A stretch of DNA of 64,000 nt from an uncultured Clostridiaceae bacterium (GTDB taxonomy: Bacteria > Bacillota > Clostridia > TANB77 > CAG-508): contig CANSJQ010000002.1 of assembly GCA_947647275.1 (NCBI GenBank), positions 192,754-256,753 of the forward strand, read 5' to 3'. The notes beneath the pieces are model-generated. The model was not told where the DNA came from. It did not search any database and was given only the letters and a program-made list of their open reading frames with translations. Below, one piece after another: positions 22,057 through 32,221 of the stretch (positions within the stretch are counted from its first letter, which is position 1; each line of letters starts with the position of its first letter). A program made the translations under genes and the position numbers.

Positions 22057-22148
22057 TGGCGGAGTGAGTGGGATTCTAACCCACGTACCACTTTTCATGG
22101 TTAACTGTTTTCGAGACAGCTTCGTTATGACCGCTTCGATACCACTCC
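22057..22148 (-). tRNA. tRNA-Ser (CGA), atypical T-loop
   Basis: Long variable arm, anticodon loop CT-CGA-AA, G73-CCA; T-loop reads TTAGAAT. Confidence 0.9.
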
Positions 22149-22223
22149 AAATCACACTCAGCATTTACTATTCATTCTTCATTTAAACCTTTTCCTCGAA
22201 AGTCAGACGACTAATAGTCGCCT

Positions 22224-22682
22224 TTACAATTTTTTATTTTTTCTTAACTCTTTAAAAAATCTTTGTAATATATTCTCACATTCATCTTTTAAAATTCCTG
22301 TTTCATATTCTACTTTATGATTAAATGGATAATCTTTTAAAACATTAAGTACACTTCCACATGCTCCTGTTTTATAGTCCATTGTTCCTATATAAAGTTT
22401 TCCTACCCTTGCCTGTATTATTGCTCCTGCACACATAGTACATGGCTCTAATGTTACGTACATCTCACAGTCTAATAATCTCCATGAATCTAATTTTTTA
22501 CTAGCTTTTTGTATCGCTAATATTTCTGCATGTTTTGTTGTATCCTTTTTACTTTCCTTTAAATTGTGTGCTCTTGATATAATTTGTCCATCTTTTACAA
22601 TTACAGCCCCTACAGGTACTTCTAATTTATTATATGCTTTTTTAGCTTCCTTTAGAGCTTCTTTCATAAATTTTTCTTCCAT
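22224..22682 (-). CDS. tadA: tRNA adenosine(34) deaminase
   Basis: EVPVGAV, HAE, TLEPCTMCAGA. Confidence 0.93.
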   Translation of the reverse strand: MEEKFMKEALKEAKKAYNKLEVPVGAVIVKDGQIISRAHNLKESKKDTTKHAEILAIQKASKKLDSWRLLDCEMYVTLEPCTMCAGAIIQARVGKLYIGTMDYKTGACGSVLNVLKDYPFNHKVEYETGILKDECENILQRFFKELRKNKKL

Positions 22683-22709
22683 ATTACCATTTTTCCTCCA
22701 ATATAAAAA

Positions 22710-22786
22710 TGGTGTTCTGGACAGGAATCGAACCTGCGACCTACAGCTTAGGAGGCTGTCGCTCTATCCTACTGAGCTACCAGAAC
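22710..22786 (-). tRNA. tRNA-Arg (CCT)
   Basis: Cloverleaf with CT-CCT-AA loop, A20 in the D-loop, CCA end. Confidence 0.96.
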
Positions 22787-23066
22787 ATTTTACTTTCTTA
22801 TTTTACTATACTTACTACAAAAAATCAATATTTCATTTTGGTTATTTTTATGTTATAATATTTCGTAGTTAATATAAATTAAAATATATGACTCAAGGAG
22901 TGTCCCTTGTATTCCAATTTGGAACGAAAGTGAATTTAAATAATAAAAATTATAAAACTTTTATATAAATTCACATACTTAGCTTCTAAGAGCTTTTGGT
23001 CTATATGATGAAAATTCTAAAAATCTAAGTAAGGACTTTTCCTATGGTTTGAAAGGAGTTTTATTT

Positions 23067-23777
23067 ATGCAAAAAATACTTAGTTCTATGAGGAAAACTA
23101 TTAGAAGTTATAATATGATAGAAAATGGTGATAAAATAGCTGTGTGCTTATCTGGTGGTAAGGATTCTATTACTATGCTTATGGGATTAAAACAACTTCA
23201 AACTTATTTTGATAAAGATTTTGAAATTGTTGCACTTAGTGTTGATCCTGGTTTTGAATTTTTTAATGTAGGTTTTTTACAAAAAACTTGTGATGAAATT
23301 GGTGTTCCTTTAATCATTGAAGAAAGCCATATTAAGGAAATTGTTTTTGATATAAGACAGGAAAAAAGACCTTGTTCATTATGTGCTAATATTCGTAGGG
23401 GTATTTTAAATTCAATTGCTATTAGAGAAGGTTGTAATAAAATAGCTTTAGGCCATAATGAAGATGATGTTTTAGAAACATTTCTAATGAATTTGTTTTT
23501 AACTGGCGCTTTTTCTACTTTTGGTCCAAGTACATATATGGATAGATCAAATATTACAGTTATTAGACCTTTAATTATGACTCCTGAAAAGGAAATTAAA
23601 AAGTTTGTTAAACGTAATAATATTGAAGTAATGAAAAAAAATTGTCCTATGGATGGGGTTTCTAAAAGAGAGTATATGAAAGATTTGTTATATAAACTTA
23701 ATTTAGACATTCCTATGGTTAGGGCTAATTTGATGGGCGTTATTAAAAGAAATAATATAAAAGGTTGGCATGAGTAA
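23067..23777 (+). CDS. ttcA: tRNA 2-thiocytidine(32) synthetase TtcA family
   Basis: SGGKDS PP-loop, CSLC, GHNEDD, IRPL, CP motifs. Confidence 0.88.
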   Translation: MQKILSSMRKTIRSYNMIENGDKIAVCLSGGKDSITMLMGLKQLQTYFDKDFEIVALSVDPGFEFFNVGFLQKTCDEIGVPLIIEESHIKEIVFDIRQEKRPCSLCANIRRGILNSIAIREGCNKIALGHNEDDVLETFLMNLFLTGAFSTFGPSTYMDRSNITVIRPLIMTPEKEIKKFVKRNNIEVMKKNCPMDGVSKREYMKDLLYKLNLDIPMVRANLMGVIKRNNIKGWHE

Positions 23778-23849
23778 ATTAAAAATAGATTAGATATATT
23801 GAAGTAAATCCAAAAAAGTTCACTTCATTTTACCTAATCTATTTTTTTC

Positions 23850-26006
23850 CTATATTTTCATACTAAGTTTTACTTTTTGCCTCTCTATATCTATTGCAAT
23901 TACTTTTACTTTTACTATATCTCCTACTGACACTATTTCTGAAGGATTTTTTACAAACTTTTCACTCATTTCAGAAATATGTACTAGTCCATCATGTTTT
24001 ACGCCTATATCTACAAATGCTCCAAAGTCTATTACATTTCTTACTGTTCCTGTTAGTATTTGACCTTCTCTTAGATCTTCAAATTTTAGTACATCACTAC
24101 GTAATACAGGTTTTGGCATTTCTTCACGTGGGTCTCTTCCTGGTTTTGAAAGTTCTTCTATTATATCTTTTAATGTCATTTCTCCTACTTCTAGTTCTTT
24201 TGCTGTTTTATCTATTTTTATATATGCTAGCTTTTCTTTTATTTCTTTTAATTTTTCTTTATCGTTTAAATCCTTTTTGCTATATCCTATTAACTCTAAA
24301 AGTTTTTCTGCTGTTTCATAACTTTCTGGGTGTACTCCAGTTATTTCTAATGGATTTTTACCTTCTGGTACTCTTATGAAACCTGCACATTGTTCAAATG
24401 CTACTTTTCCTAGTTTTGGAACTTTTAATAGTTCTTTTCTTTCTTTTATTTTTCCGTTTTCATCTCTATATTTTACTATATTATTTGCTATTGTTTTATT
24501 TACACCCGCAACATATGAAAGTAATGATGGTGTTGCTGTGTTTACATCTACACCTACTTTGTTTACTGCATCTTCTACTACTCCAGTTAAACTTTCCCCT
24601 AGCTTCTTTTGGTCTACATCATGTTGGTATTGCCCTACTCCTATTGCTTTTGGTTCTATTTTTACAAGTTCTGCAAGTGGGTCTTGAAGTCTTCTTGCTA
24701 TTGATATTGCTCCCCTTAATGAAACATTTATGTCTGGATATTCTTCTGTTGCAAGCTTTGATGCTGAATATACACTAGCTCCCGCTTCTGATACTATTGC
24801 ATAATGTACTTCTTTACCATATTTTTCTTTTACTTCTTTAATAATATCTGCAACAAATATCTCTGATTCACGTGATGCTGTTCCATTTCCTATTGCAAAC
24901 ATATCCACATCATATTTTGCAATTAAGCCTATTAAAACTTTTTTAGCTCCTTCTACGTCATTTTGTGGCTCTGTTGGATATATTGTTGTTGTATCTAAGA
25001 GTTTTCCTGTTTCATCAATTACAGCTATTTTGCAACCTGTTCTATATGCAGGGTCAAAACCTATTACTGTTAAACCTTTAAGAGGTGCACCTAATAATAA
25101 CTGTTTAGCATTTTGTCCAAATACTTTTATTGCCTGTTCTTCTGCTTTTTCAGTTAAATCACTTCTAATTTCTCTATCTATTGAAGGCTCTATTAAACGT
25201 TTCCAACTATCTAAAATTGTGTCTTTTAATACTTCTTCATATTGTTTATTTTTTATAATATCTTTTTCTATTATTTCAAGAATTTTTTCTTCTTGTTTTT
25301 CTATTTTAACTTTAAGAAATTCTTCTTTTTCTCCTCTATTTATAGCTAAAATTCTATGACTTGGAATTCTATTTACCTTTTCACTAAATTCATAATACAT
25401 TTCATAATTAGATTTTTCATCTTCTTTAGATGCTTTAGTCTCTATTAATCCTTCTCTATAAATTAATCTTTTTATTTGTTTTCTATATTCTGCATTATCT
25501 GAAATATTTTCGGCAATAATATCTTTTGCACCAGCTATTGCATCTTCTATATTTTCCACACCTTTTTCACTATTTGTGAATTCTTTTGCTATTTCTTCTA
25601 TATTTCTCTTATCTTCTTGTTTTATTATAATTTCAGCTAAAGGCTCTAAACCTTTTTCCTTAGCCATTGTTGCTCTTGTTCTTTTCTTTTGTTTATATGG
25701 TCTATATATATCTTCAACTTCTGCTAAAGTTTTAGCTAGTTCTAAAGCCACTACTATTTCATCTGTAAGTTTTCCTTGCCCTTCAATAGAATTTACTACC
25801 TCTCCTTTTCTTGATTCTAAGTTTCTCAAATAATTTAGTCTATCTCCTAAATCACGAAGTTGTTCATCAGAAAGACCTCCAGTAGCCTCTTTTCTATAAC
25901 GTGCTATAAATGGAATAGTATTTCCATCGTCAATAAGTTTAACAGTAGCCTCTACTTGACTTTCTTTTACTTGTAATTCTTCTGCTATTATTTTTGTAAT
26001 ATTCAT
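23850..26006 (-). CDS. tex: Tex transcription accessory protein (S1 domain)
   Basis: GNTIPFIARYRKE, DPAYRTGCK, IGVGQYQHD, C-terminal S1. Confidence 0.96.
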   Translation of the reverse strand: MNITKIIAEELQVKESQVEATVKLIDDGNTIPFIARYRKEATGGLSDEQLRDLGDRLNYLRNLESRKGEVVNSIEGQGKLTDEIVVALELAKTLAEVEDIYRPYKQKKRTRATMAKEKGLEPLAEIIIKQEDKRNIEEIAKEFTNSEKGVENIEDAIAGAKDIIAENISDNAEYRKQIKRLIYREGLIETKASKEDEKSNYEMYYEFSEKVNRIPSHRILAINRGEKEEFLKVKIEKQEEKILEIIEKDIIKNKQYEEVLKDTILDSWKRLIEPSIDREIRSDLTEKAEEQAIKVFGQNAKQLLLGAPLKGLTVIGFDPAYRTGCKIAVIDETGKLLDTTTIYPTEPQNDVEGAKKVLIGLIAKYDVDMFAIGNGTASRESEIFVADIIKEVKEKYGKEVHYAIVSEAGASVYSASKLATEEYPDINVSLRGAISIARRLQDPLAELVKIEPKAIGVGQYQHDVDQKKLGESLTGVVEDAVNKVGVDVNTATPSLLSYVAGVNKTIANNIVKYRDENGKIKERKELLKVPKLGKVAFEQCAGFIRVPEGKNPLEITGVHPESYETAEKLLELIGYSKKDLNDKEKLKEIKEKLAYIKIDKTAKELEVGEMTLKDIIEELSKPGRDPREEMPKPVLRSDVLKFEDLREGQILTGTVRNVIDFGAFVDIGVKHDGLVHISEMSEKFVKNPSEIVSVGDIVKVKVIAIDIERQKVKLSMKI

Positions 26007-26084
26007 TTTATTTCCCCCATATATAGTATGAATGCCCCTTTCCTAAGTTAAAACAACATAGATGGGACACCCTTTATCTTTATT

Positions 26085-26880
26085 TTATTTTTCTTGATTT
26101 TTTTGTTTTTCACTTTTATCCCAGAAGTCTGCAATTTTATCAAAGTATTCTTCTCTTTGGTCATTTCCTTCTATATTTTTTACTTCTACTGCTGAACCTA
26201 CTCTTATTGGTGATGCTATTCTTGCTCCTTTACCATATGTTAAATTTGTCATTTTATCAAAATCTAAATCCATATTGTATATTCTTATTATTTCTTTATT
26301 ATCCTTTGTTTTTATAGTAACTGTTACTTGATTTCCTTCTATTTTTGTTATTTTTCTATCTTGTACTTGACCTATTAACTCTTCTGTTTTGATACTTGTT
26401 CTTATCATTGTATCTGCTATTTGTAATAAGTCTTCTTTTGTATAATTACTCATTAATTTATTTGATTCTTGTATATCTCTTATCTTTTTTTGTCCTTCTT
26501 CTCTTTCTACCCAGTAGTCAGTTACACCTTCATAGTATTCTTCTTTTTCTTCATCTGTCGTGTTTTCTTTAAGTTCAATAGCTTTTCCAACTCTTTGTAC
26601 TGATTTTATTTTTGCTTCTCTTGTAAGCTCATTATTTTCCATTTTATCGAATCGTAAGCTTAATCTGTATATATGTACATTATTACTATTTTTTGTTTTA
26701 ACTTCTACTGTAATAACATCTCCATCAATTCCGTGTTATTTTAGTATTTTGCACATTTCCTTCTATTTCTTCCATTCTTTCAATTCTTTTTAGTATAAAA
26801 TTAAAAGTATTTAGTACCTCTTGTTTAGAATAATTTCCCATAAAATAATTTTTTACTTTAATATCTTCTTTAAATGACAT
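26085..26880 (-). CDS. Hypothetical protein with an internal domain duplication, read through a +1 frameshift at CGGA 26733-26730 (joined ~264 aa)
   Basis: AGGAGG RBS and ATG at 26880; 49 codons, then CGG-AAT-TGA; the +1 frame is open into ORF 26085..26642. Confidence 0.8.
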
Positions 26881-27055
26881 ATATTTGTCCTCCTATTTTT
26901 TTACTTACTTCATACTATCACAAATAAATTATAAAAGTCAAGAAAAACAGTAGTTTCATTTCTACTGTTTCTCTTCTTTTTATTTGTGTATAAAAAATGG
27001 AAATTCTCATCCTTCAATAATTATTTCATCTATACTGATTTTTTTCTTTACTAAA

Positions 27056-28636
27056 TTACTCTATTCCTAAATATTCATTATAAGTTACTTCTCTATCTAC
27101 TACTTTATCTAACTTAATATCTATTATTCTATTTGCTACTGTTTGTGTTAGTTGGTGGTCGTGTGATGTAAATATGATATTACCAATGAATTTTTTCATT
27201 CCTTCGTTTAATGCTGTTATACTTTCCATATCTAAGTGGTTTGTTGGTTCATCCATTATTAATAAATTTGCACCTGATAGCATCATTTTTGAAAGTACAC
27301 ATCTTACTTTTTCTCCTCCTGATAGTACTTTTACATATTTTAATGCTTCTTCACCTGAGAATAACATTCTTCCTAAAAAGCTTCTTACATATGTTTCGTC
27401 TGGATCTTTTGAATACTGACGTAACCAATCTGTTATTGACATGTCTTCTTCAAATAAATAGTTATTATCCTTAGGAAAATATGTATTTGTTATTGTTGTT
27501 CCCCACTCGATTACACCTTCATCTGGCTCTAGTTCCCCTGCTATTATTTGAAATAATACTGTTTTTGCATTTTCGTTATCTGCCATAAATGCTATTTTGT
27601 CGCCTTCTTTTACTACAAACGATACATTATCTAATAATTTTTCTCCATTTATTGTTTTTGATATATTTTTTACTTTTAATATTTCTTTTCCTGGCTCTCT
27701 ATCTGGTTTGAAGTCTATGTATGGATATCTCCTATTTGATGGTTTTATTTCATCTAACTCTATTTTTTCTAATGATTTTTTTCTTGATGTTGCTTGTTTT
27801 GACTTTGATGCATTTGCACTAAATCTTGCTATGAAAGCTTGTAATTCTTTTATTTTTTCTTCTTTCTTCTTATTTTGTTCTTTCATTTGCTTTAATAAAA
27901 GTTGGCTTGATTCATACCAGAAATCATAGTTTCCTGGGAATACTTTTATTTGCCCAAAGTCTACATCTGCTATGTGTGTACATACTTTGTTTAGAAAATA
28001 TCTATCGTGTGATACTACTATTACAGTATTTTCAAAGTTTATTAAGAATTCTTCTAACCAGTTTATACTTTTTAAGTCTAAGTCGTTTGTAGGCTCATCT
28101 AGTAATAATATATCTGGATTTCCAAATAATGCTTGTGCTAGAAGTACTTTTACTTTTTCTTTTGCTTCCATTTCACTCATTAATTTATAATGATTCTGAG
28201 TTTCTATTCCCAAATCGTTTAAAAGTTGAGCTGCGTCACTTTCTGCATTCCATCCATCTAGTTCTGCAAAACGTTCTTCTAATTTTGCTGCTTTCATTCC
28301 ATCTTCTTCATTAAAATCTGGTTTTGCATATATAGCATCTTTTTCTTTCATTATTTTATATAGTTCTTCATTTCCCATTATAACAGTATCCATTACTGTA
28401 TATTCTTCAAAAGCAAAGTGGTCTTGTTTTAAAACAGAAAGTCTTTCACCTTTTTCCTTTGTAACTTCACCTTTACTTGGCTCTAATTCACCTGATAATA
28501 TTTTTAAAAAAGTAGATTTTCCAGCTCCATTTGCTCCAATTATTCCATAGCAACAACCTTTATTAAATTTTATATTTACATCTTCAAATAGTGTTCTTTT
28601 ACCAAAACGCACTGTAACTCCAACTGCATTTAACAT
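27056..28636 (-). CDS. ABC-F family ribosome-associated ATPase (YbiT/YkpA-like)
   Basis: Two ABC domains, no TM, GNYDFWY linker. Confidence 0.93.
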   Translation of the reverse strand: MLNAVGVTVRFGKRTLFEDVNIKFNKGCCYGIIGANGAGKSTFLKILSGELEPSKGEVTKEKGERLSVLKQDHFAFEEYTVMDTVIMGNEELYKIMKEKDAIYAKPDFNEEDGMKAAKLEERFAELDGWNAESDAAQLLNDLGIETQNHYKLMSEMEAKEKVKVLLAQALFGNPDILLLDEPTNDLDLKSINWLEEFLINFENTVIVVSHDRYFLNKVCTHIADVDFGQIKVFPGNYDFWYESSQLLLKQMKEQNKKKEEKIKELQAFIARFSANASKSKQATSRKKSLEKIELDEIKPSNRRYPYIDFKPDREPGKEILKVKNISKTINGEKLLDNVSFVVKEGDKIAFMADNENAKTVLFQIIAGELEPDEGVIEWGTTITNTYFPKDNNYLFEEDMSITDWLRQYSKDPDETYVRSFLGRMLFSGEEALKYVKVLSGGEKVRCVLSKMMLSGANLLIMDEPTNHLDMESITALNEGMKKFIGNIIFTSHDHQLTQTVANRIIDIKLDKVVDREVTYNEYLGIE

Positions 28637-28824
28637 CTTTCTTCCTCCTCGTTTTTCCCATTTTTCCCATTGGGGACGTTTCCAAATGGGAAATCTGTCA
28701 CTTTTGGGAATTTTTCTTACTTATTATATATGATATTACTATTTTTTTCAAGGGTTTTATTGCCTTATGTTTATTATAAGTATATAAAAAGATTTAGGAT
28801 TTTAAAATCCTAAATCTTTTTATT

Positions 28825-29016
28825 TTAATGTCTATCAAATATTAACTTTATTCCCCATAATCCAGAAATTCCTACTAAAATATAAATAATTCTAGTTATA
28901 ATAGATAGTCCTCCGAATATTGCTTCTACTAAATTAAAATTAAATATTCCTACTAGTCCCCAGTTTATTGCACCTATAATTATTAATATAAGAGCTATTG
29001 TATCTATAATTTTCAT
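28825..29016 (-). CDS. DUF378 family small membrane protein
   Basis: LIIIGAINWGLVGIFNFNLV...RIIYILVG. Confidence 0.9.
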   Translation of the reverse strand: MKIIDTIALILIIIGAINWGLVGIFNFNLVEAIFGGLSIITRIIYILVGISGLWGIKLIFDRH

Positions 29017-29218
29017 GTTTTTCTCTCCTTCCATTTAAATTATTTTTAATCTTAGTATACACATTTTTTGCTATTCTATTAATAATTTATTTTGTTTTTA
29101 TTGGATAATTAGTAAATTATTTGAAATTTTAATTTTTGATATTTCATTACTTTTTAAGCTGTTTTCGATGCGTTCAAAATTTGCAACGAAAAGGACCATC
29201 TCTTTCGTGTGGTCCTTT

Positions 29219-30178
29219 TTAGTCTAACATATCTTTCTTTTTAAGCCATATCATTGCAATTACTCCTAAAATGATAGATAGAATTACAACAGAGAAAAAT
29301 GGCCATGGACTATCCATGTTTTGCATTGGTACTTTTACATTCATTCCCCAATAACTTGCTATCATTGTTGGTATTGCAAGAATTATTGTTATTGATGTTA
29401 GGAATTTCATAACTCCATTTAGGTTGTTTGAAATTATAGAAGCATATGCATCCATTGTTCCACTTAAAATGTCATTATATATTTTTGCCATTTCTATAGC
29501 TTGTTTGTTTTCTATAATTGCATCTTCTAGTATGTCTTCATCTTCTTCATATAATTTTATTATTTTTCCTCTTAATGTTTTTTCCATTACTACTTCATTC
29601 GACTTTAGTGATGTTGTAAAATACACTAAACTTTTTTCTAATGAAAGCATTTTTAATAGTTCTTTATTTTTTTGTGAATTTTTTAGTACACTTTCTGCAA
29701 TTTCTGTTTCTTTATTAATCTTTTTTAGATATTTTAAATATAATTCTGCATTTTTATAAAATACTTGTAATATCATTCTACTTTTTTTATATGTTATTGT
29801 TGTATTTTTTGTTTTACTTTTTTCAAGTTCTGTTATTACTCTATTTTGTTTTAATGAAACTGTTATAAAATAGTCATCTCTTACTACTATCATTCCTAAA
29901 GGCATTGTTGAATATACTTCTTCTTTGTCTTCTTTTTCTATAACTGGTACATCTATTATGAATAATGTTGTGCCATCATCTTCTTCATAGTCAATTCTGG
30001 CTTTTTCTTCGTAGTCAAGTGAATAACGTATAAAGGCTTCATCTATTTTTAATTTTTTGCATACTTTTTTTATTTCTTCTTCAGTCGGGGCAACCATGTT
30101 TATCCAATTTCCCTTTTCGAATTTTTTTGTTTCTTCTGTTTTATTTGTTTCTACATCTGTTTTATACATTTTTAACAT
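29219..30178 (-). CDS. corA: CorA family magnesium transporter
   Basis: PTMIASYWGMNV signature. Confidence 0.93.
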   Translation of the reverse strand: MLKMYKTDVETNKTEETKKFEKGNWINMVAPTEEEIKKVCKKLKIDEAFIRYSLDYEEKARIDYEEDDGTTLFIIDVPVIEKEDKEEVYSTMPLGMIVVRDDYFITVSLKQNRVITELEKSKTKNTTITYKKSRMILQVFYKNAELYLKYLKKINKETEIAESVLKNSQKNKELLKMLSLEKSLVYFTTSLKSNEVVMEKTLRGKIIKLYEEDEDILEDAIIENKQAIEMAKIYNDILSGTMDAYASIISNNLNGVMKFLTSITIILAIPTMIASYWGMNVKVPMQNMDSPWPFFSVVILSIILGVIAMIWLKKKDMLD

Positions 30179-30289
30179 AGTTATCACCCCTTTATTTTTT
30201 CCAATATTAGTATTATAACATATTTTTCAAAATTTGTATAGTTTTACATAATAAAAAATCACTATAAAAGTGATTTTTTATTATGTATT

Positions 30290-30835
30290 TTATCCTAATT
30301 TTTTTACATTATTTATAAATATAACATTTTCAATTATATCTAGCACAGCATATGTTATCATTATTGCTCCTATTGTGGCTGGAATAGCTCCTGTATTAAA
30401 TATTACAACTAGTCCACATATAAGCATAATAATTGCTATTACTAAACTATATATCCATATATTAGATTTTATTTGTTTTAATTTTAGTGCTGAGCTTGCT
30501 CTTACAACACTACTATATACAATCCACATACCAATTATTATTCCAAATATCTTGCTTATTGTACTACTATATACCATTATTACTATTCCTATTATTACTG
30601 CCATTATTCCATAAACTAGTTCATAATTATATAAGTCACTTTTACTTTTTGTTTGTACATAGTTTATTACTTTTATTATTCCTAAAAGAATAAATACTGC
30701 TCCTAAAATATATGCTATCATAGACATAATTGCATCTTTCTGCCATATTAATATTATTCCAAGAATAGCAAATACTAGTGATTCAGCAATTGACATCCAG
30801 CCTGATTTTTTTAATAAATCTTTTAAATATTGCAT
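30290..30835 (-). CDS. HdeD/DUF308 family membrane protein
   Basis: Six TM helices with the repeated DUF308 pattern. Confidence 0.75.
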   Translation of the reverse strand: MQYLKDLLKKSGWMSIAESLVFAILGIILIWQKDAIMSMIAYILGAVFILLGIIKVINYVQTKSKSDLYNYELVYGIMAVIIGIVIMVYSSTISKIFGIIIGMWIVYSSVVRASSALKLKQIKSNIWIYSLVIAIIMLICGLVVIFNTGAIPATIGAIMITYAVLDIIENVIFINNVKKLG

Positions 30836-31026
30836 ATTTTTTCACTTCCTTTGTTTATTTTATAGTTAAAGTTTATTACTATTTTTATTTGTTGTCAATA
30901 TTTCAGTCAATTTTAATAAATTATTAATATATATGTTTTTAGAAAATTAGTAGGAAATATTTTGACACCCTTTAAGTTTTATACTATAATAATTTAAATA
31001 GTAAATAAATTTTAGGGGGATAAAAT

Positions 31027-31935
31027 ATGGAAGAAAGAAATGTTATATTTGAAGTAACCAAAGTAGGTATAGCTGTAAATAGCAAATGGAGTGTATTTGT
31101 TGATAATGAATATATTGGCAAAATTGATTTTAAAAATAATTTAACAAAAAAGTTATCTAAAGGTGTACACAAAGTACAATATAAAGTAGGATTGCAAAAA
31201 ACTAAAATTTTAGATATTAATGTTGCAGATACAGATATAATAGTTGAATGTATATGGGATGGAACTATAAGTAATTTCCACGTTGTTGGTGAAGAGAGTA
31301 ATAATATTACAAATAATATGTCAGAAACTAATGAAACTAAAACTAATAATGAAAATTATATATTTTGTAGCAATTGTGGAACAAAAATAAAAAAAGGAAG
31401 TACTTTTTGCTCTAGCTGTGGCAATAAAATAGAAGAAATAACTATAAATAATGAAGAGACAAATGTAAATAATGAAAATAATATTCAAGCACAAAATAAT
31501 ACATCACAAAAAAACACAAATTTAGCTGTTGTTATATTCATAATTATTTGTGTCATAGCAGGTTTTTTAGTTTTAAAAAATATAGGAATATTTGGGAATA
31601 ATAATAGTAGTAATAGTAATTCTAGTACTTCCATAGAAACAGACGCTAGAGCCGCTGCTCTACAAGTTATTAAGGTTGAAAATAAATATTACCTAAATGC
31701 TTCTTATTCAATAGGAAAAATAACAAGTAAAAATGCTATTTTAGATAGTAAGTCAGGAGAATGGTATTTATTTAAATGTACTTACAGTTATAATCCTTTA
31801 AATAAAGCAGGTAGTACAATGTTAGATAGAGAAGATAACGGACTAGTATATATTGGAATAAAAATGGGAGAAAATGATATGTTTAATTATAAATTTGGAA
31901 GAACATTGGAAGATTTAAAAACAAAATTAAACTAA
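31027..31935 (+). CDS. Zinc-ribbon domain membrane protein
   Basis: FCSNCGTKI...FCSSCG followed by a TM helix. Confidence 0.8.
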   Translation: MEERNVIFEVTKVGIAVNSKWSVFVDNEYIGKIDFKNNLTKKLSKGVHKVQYKVGLQKTKILDINVADTDIIVECIWDGTISNFHVVGEESNNITNNMSETNETKTNNENYIFCSNCGTKIKKGSTFCSSCGNKIEEITINNEETNVNNENNIQAQNNTSQKNTNLAVVIFIIICVIAGFLVLKNIGIFGNNNSSNSNSSTSIETDARAAALQVIKVENKYYLNASYSIGKITSKNAILDSKSGEWYLFKCTYSYNPLNKAGSTMLDREDNGLVYIGIKMGENDMFNYKFGRTLEDLKTKLN

Positions 31936-32100
31936 TATATGAAAAATTATGCCATAAATTTTAAAAAAGCTAACAATATTTAAATTGTTAGCCTTCTTTT
32001 TTTATTAATAGCGAATAATTTTAAATGTATTTCTCTATAAATTAAATATTTTTCGTTGTTGAATATTAATTATTTACTGAGAAGCATTAGCAACGATTAT

Positions 32101-32176
32101 TGGTGCACCACCGGGGGGTCGAACCCCGGACCTTCTGATTAAGAGTCAGCTGCTCTACCAACTGAGCTAGTGGTGC
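32101..32176 (-). tRNA. tRNA-Lys (CTT)
   Basis: Cloverleaf with CT-CTT-AA loop, CCA end. Confidence 0.96.
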
Positions 32177-32221
32177 ATAAATATTTCAATGGTATTATTA
32201 TAATACCATTGAATGTATTTG

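Noticed and set aside
30190..30290. M-box riboswitch before corA
   Set aside because: The leader is too short and contains only a promoter and the upstream terminator.
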